The translations under genes and the position numbers were made by a program. 64,000 nt of DNA from Pseudomonadota bacterium (GTDB taxonomy: Bacteria; Bdellovibrionota_F; JAHFAK01; JBDREC01): NCBI GenBank assembly GCA_043820105.1, contig JBDREC010000010.1, positions 62,001-126,000 on the forward strand, given 5' to 3'. This document shows positions 60,990 to 64,000 of the stretch, one piece after another (position 1 is the first letter of the stretch; every line of letters begins with the position of its first letter). A model generated the notes under the pieces. The model was not told the DNA's origin. It ran no database searches and saw only the letters and a program-made list of their open reading frames with translations.

Positions 60990-62081
60990 CTATTCTTCAT
61001 ATTCTTCAAATAATTTTCCCCACTTTGTATTCTTTCTAACTTCTGCTTGTATCTGCTTACCCTTTAGTGGCCACCAGATGTTGTCATGGTAGAAGAAGGA
61101 TCCAAAGACAAAGAAATAAACAAGAGGTGTGTGAAATAAAAGTTTTTGAAAAACCTTTAAAGGACTAAACCAAAAAACATCTCCAATTGTTGATGCAAAA
61201 TTATCGCCAACTGAAAAACCAAAATTAACGTTTGAAATATCTTCACCAATTATTTCTATGTCTTCAGGCTTGCCTGTGCCAAGGCCATCTTCATGGGCCA
61301 TTTTAATGTAAGGAATAGTCATTGGGTCAAAGCCCATCATTTTAGCTGCTACAGCGTCAATAGCAACAGAGTCTGCGCTTGCTAGCATATAATCTTTTTC
61401 AACTGGAATCATTGTTCTTGGGCCAGGGCCAGACCCGCAGATGGTTCCATCTTTAACTGTAAATATTCCTGAATGTATTTCTTTTTGAATGGCGAGTAAA
61501 TCAACTAAAGTTTCATGAATCACAGAATGAGTATAATGTCTTTTAGTATTTAATAAACCGCCAAAAGCATTTTTCATGGCCCCTGTAGTTGTTGTATAAA
61601 TATGTGTTTTAACAGTTGGAAGATGTAAAATATTTTTATCAAAGAAATACTCAGGAATTTTAATTCCGCATTGGAATATTTTATCAAGAGCTCTCATTTT
61701 TGCTTTTGGTTTATATTCAACCCATTTGATGTGATCTTCATTAAAATTATAAAGTTCTTCTATGTTGTGCTTTTCATAAATCTTTTTTAAGCGACACAAT
61801 TTGCCACCTTTAAAAGGGTCTGTAACAACAGTATTGTTATGGACTGCAACCACATCTTTAAAACCATTTTCTTTTAACGAATTAATTGTGCCTTCTAGCT
61901 GCCAGGGTGTTGTATTGGCTGATAAATAAGGCATATGCCAGGAAATGTTATCTTTTAAAATAGTGGTTTTTGTTTTATCAAATTCCTCATTAATGCCAGC
62001 TTCACGCATTATTTTATCAATGTCTTGATTAATGTTTTCAGGACTTGTTTTAATTAAAGCAACTTTTGATTTCGCCATCAT
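60990..62081 (-). CDS. DUF362 family protein
   Basis: LKDNISW, TTPWQLEG, LPTVKTH..TTTGAMKNAFG, DG..GPGP, DSVAID. Confidence 0.85.
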   Translation of the reverse strand: MMAKSKVALIKTSPENINQDIDKIMREAGINEEFDKTKTTILKDNISWHMPYLSANTTPWQLEGTINSLKENGFKDVVAVHNNTVVTDPFKGGKLCRLKKIYEKHNIEELYNFNEDHIKWVEYKPKAKMRALDKIFQCGIKIPEYFFDKNILHLPTVKTHIYTTTTGAMKNAFGGLLNTKRHYTHSVIHETLVDLLAIQKEIHSGIFTVKDGTICGSGPGPRTMIPVEKDYMLASADSVAIDAVAAKMMGFDPMTIPYIKMAHEDGLGTGKPEDIEIIGEDISNVNFGFSVGDNFASTIGDVFWFSPLKVFQKLLFHTPLVYFFVFGSFFYHDNIWWPLKGKQIQAEVRKNTKWGKLFEEYEE

Positions 62082-62085
62082 TTCT

Positions 62086-62145
62086 CCTTGTTCTCTTGTT
62101 CCCTTGTTCTCGTGTTCCCTTGTTCCCTTGCGCTCTTGTTCCCTT
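62086..62145. repeat. (C/T)CTTGTTC octamer tandem repeat (7 units)
   Basis: Fills the gap between the fcl stop and the AGGAG RBS of the DUF362 gene. Confidence 0.85.
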
Positions 62146-63188
62146 TATACGCAATAAGCCTCATAAGCCTTCTTAATTCCCTCTTTAAGGTTATGTCTAG
62201 CCTTCCAGCCAAGACTATTTATTTTACTGGTATCAAGAAGCTTTTTTGGTGTTCCATCTGGTTTTGTTTTGTCCCACTTTATTTGGCCATTATATTCAAC
62301 AATATTTTTTACAGTGCTAGCTAGCTCTGCAATTGTAATGTCCTTGCCATAGCCAACATTAATTATTTCGTTTATGTCAGATGAATTGTAATTGTTTAAT
62401 AAAAATAATACTGCTTCTGCTAAATCTTCGGAAAATAAAAATTCCCTATAAGGACAACCTGTTCCCCAAAGCATTATATGATCCTTGAAGATTCCAAAAG
62501 AAGCTAGCAGTTCAATGAAATAATTGTCATCACCATTTTCTTTAATATCTTTCATTGGGTGCTTAATGAAATCATTTCTTATAGCATCAAAGTCATTATT
62601 TAAAAGAAAATTGCCAAGGTGAAGTTTTCTTATAATTGCAGGTAGCACATGGGAGGTGTTAAGGTTATAATTATCAAAAGGACCAAATAAATTTGTTGGC
62701 ATTAACGATATGTAGTTAGTGCCATATTGTTCATTATAATACCGGCACATTTTAATAGCAGCAATTTTAGCAATTGCATAGGGTTCATTTGTTGGTTCAA
62801 GTAAATCTGTAAGCAAGTATTCTTCTTTTAAAGGTTGAGGAGCAAGCTTTGGATAAATACAAGATGAGCCAAGATTTAAAAGTTTTTTAACTCCAAATTT
62901 ATAAGAACTATTGATGACATTAGCAGCAATCATTAAATTGTCATATATGAATTCGGCCTTATATGTATTGTTAGCAAGGATTCCGCCAACTTTAGCTGCA
63001 GCTAAAATAACATACTCAGGTTTTTCTACAGCAAAAAAAGCTTCACACTCATCTTGTCGCCTAAGATCAAGATCTGAAATGTTTTTATAAACAATCTTTT
63101 CAAAGCCAGATTCTTTCAGCTTCTTAAAAATTGCAGATCCAACTAACCCATCATGTCCAGCCAGGTATATTTTAGAGTTTTTGTGCAT
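62145..63188 (-). CDS. fcl: GDP-L-fucose synthase
   Basis: GHDGLVGSA, AAAKVGGI, LGSSCIYP, YAIAKIA, WGTG.PYREF, KPDGTPKK. Confidence 0.95.
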   Translation of the reverse strand: MHKNSKIYLAGHDGLVGSAIFKKLKESGFEKIVYKNISDLDLRRQDECEAFFAVEKPEYVILAAAKVGGILANNTYKAEFIYDNLMIAANVINSSYKFGVKKLLNLGSSCIYPKLAPQPLKEEYLLTDLLEPTNEPYAIAKIAAIKMCRYYNEQYGTNYISLMPTNLFGPFDNYNLNTSHVLPAIIRKLHLGNFLLNNDFDAIRNDFIKHPMKDIKENGDDNYFIELLASFGIFKDHIMLWGTGCPYREFLFSEDLAEAVLFLLNNYNSSDINEIINVGYGKDITIAELASTVKNIVEYNGQIKWDKTKPDGTPKKLLDTSKINSLGWKARHNLKEGIKKAYEAYCV

Positions 63189-63209
63189 TTATACTCCAAG
63201 TATTAAATG

Positions 63210-63236
63210 GGATCCTGAAACAAGTTCAGGATGACG
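63210..63236 (-). repeat. CGTC-type REP-like palindrome
   Basis: CGTCATCCTGAACTTGTTTCAGGATCC on the minus strand. Confidence 0.8.
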
Positions 63237-63249
63237 ATATCGCAATTTA

Positions 63250-63282
63250 CTTACCACTTACAGCTTACCACTTACCACTTAC
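63250..63282. repeat. CTTAC(CA) heptamer tandem repeat (4.7 units)
   Basis: Abuts the gmd stop codon. Confidence 0.8.
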
Positions 63283-64000
63283 TCAACAGTTCTCCTGGAT
63301 ATTCTCATACAAGGCAAAGTCATGATTTGTATAATGAAAGCCTTTGTCTTTTGAAACATTAATTCCTTCGCCAATTGGTTGCATACGTAGTGTTTTAATA
63401 TCGTAATCAACCATTATCTTTACTAGCTCATGAAATTTAACTTTTGGTTCCCAGCCAAGCTTTTCTTTTGATTTTGAAATGTCGGCCATTAAATAGTCAA
63501 CTTCAGTTGGTCTGAAATATCTAGGATCAATTTCTAAAATTACACTTCCAACTTGTAGGCTGTGCTTTGGATTTATTTTATTAAGAATGCTTTCATTAAT
63601 TCCCGAAATAATACCTTGTTCAGCTTCATTTTTGCCTTCAAACCTTATGTCAACTCCACAGTATTTAAAAGCTGTGGTTACAAAATCGCGAACAGAATGA
63701 GATTCACCTGTACCAACTACATAATCATCTGGTGTGTCTTGCTGAAGCATTAGCCACATCTGCTCAATATAATCAGGAGCAAAACCCCAATCTCTCTTTG
63801 AATCCATGTTTCCAAGAAATATTTTTTGTTGATCTCCTGCAATTATATGTGCAACAGCGCGAGTAATTTTTCTGGTTACAAAAGTTTCACCACGACGTGG
63901 AGATTCATGGTTAAATAAAATGCCATTACAAGCAAAAATATCATAAGCTTCTCTATAATTAACTACCATCCAATAAGAATAGATTTTTGCAGCAGCATAT
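63283..64000 (-). CDS. gmd: GDP-mannose 4,6-dehydratase (5' part outside the window)
   Basis: YAAAK at the window edge, [32 protein letters not shown]. Confidence 0.95.
   Translation of the reverse strand, partial: YAAAKIYSYWMVVNYREAYDIFACNGILFNHESPRRGETFVTRKITRAVAHIIAGDQQKIFLGNMDSKRDWGFAPDYIEQMWLMLQQDTPDDYVVGTGESHSVRDFVTTAFKYCGVDIRFEGKNEAEQGIISGINESILNKINPKHSLQVGSVILEIDPRYFRPTEVDYLMADISKSKEKLGWEPKVKFHELVKIMVDYDIKTLRMQPIGEGINVSKDKGFHYTNHDFALYENIQENC

Noticed and set aside
62088-62324. 78-aa ORF with SLVLVFPCS-like repeats
   Set aside because: It is a translation of the octamer repeat plus the antisense of fcl

Overview
AT-rich (roughly 30% GC by eye) bacterial chromosome segment. It has a deltaproteobacterial/predator-like gene repertoire (inference): a MopE-type Cys/Asp repeat lipoprotein, an M4/M36 peptidase, an orphan CpaF/TadA ATPase and a kinase-sigma54 activator fusion. 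The flanks (1-25.7 kb and 53.1-64 kb) are mostly housekeeping genes: rhlE, srkA, elyC-like, a TagA glycosyltransferase, uridine kinase, tyrA, pgsA, arcC, comEC, hemD, tRNA-Glu(CTC), queF, an oligopeptide ABC ATPase, fcl and gmd. The middle (about 25.7-53.1 kb) is an accessory block of uncharacterised secreted proteins and lipoproteins. It is centred on a 1965-aa protein that fuses a catalytically dead XerD-like tyrosine recombinase to Ser/Thr kinase, STAND NTPase, TPR, GAF, sigma54 AAA+ and HTH domains. Nine sigma54-type (-24/-12) promoters in this block each carry a box TTTTRAAWAAAASA (looser in one) 72-75 bp upstream of the -24 GG. One of these promoters appears to drive a ~70-nt non-coding RNA with an anti-RBS/anti-AUG loop and an intrinsic terminator. 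Together these look like an undescribed sigma54 secretome regulon. Its cargo includes a caspase/CHAT-fold lipoprotein and a secreted protein ending in a PP2C-like phosphatase domain. Several families of 7-8-mer tandem repeats and two CGTC-type palindromes occupy intergenic gaps. All assignments are by eye; no searches were run.
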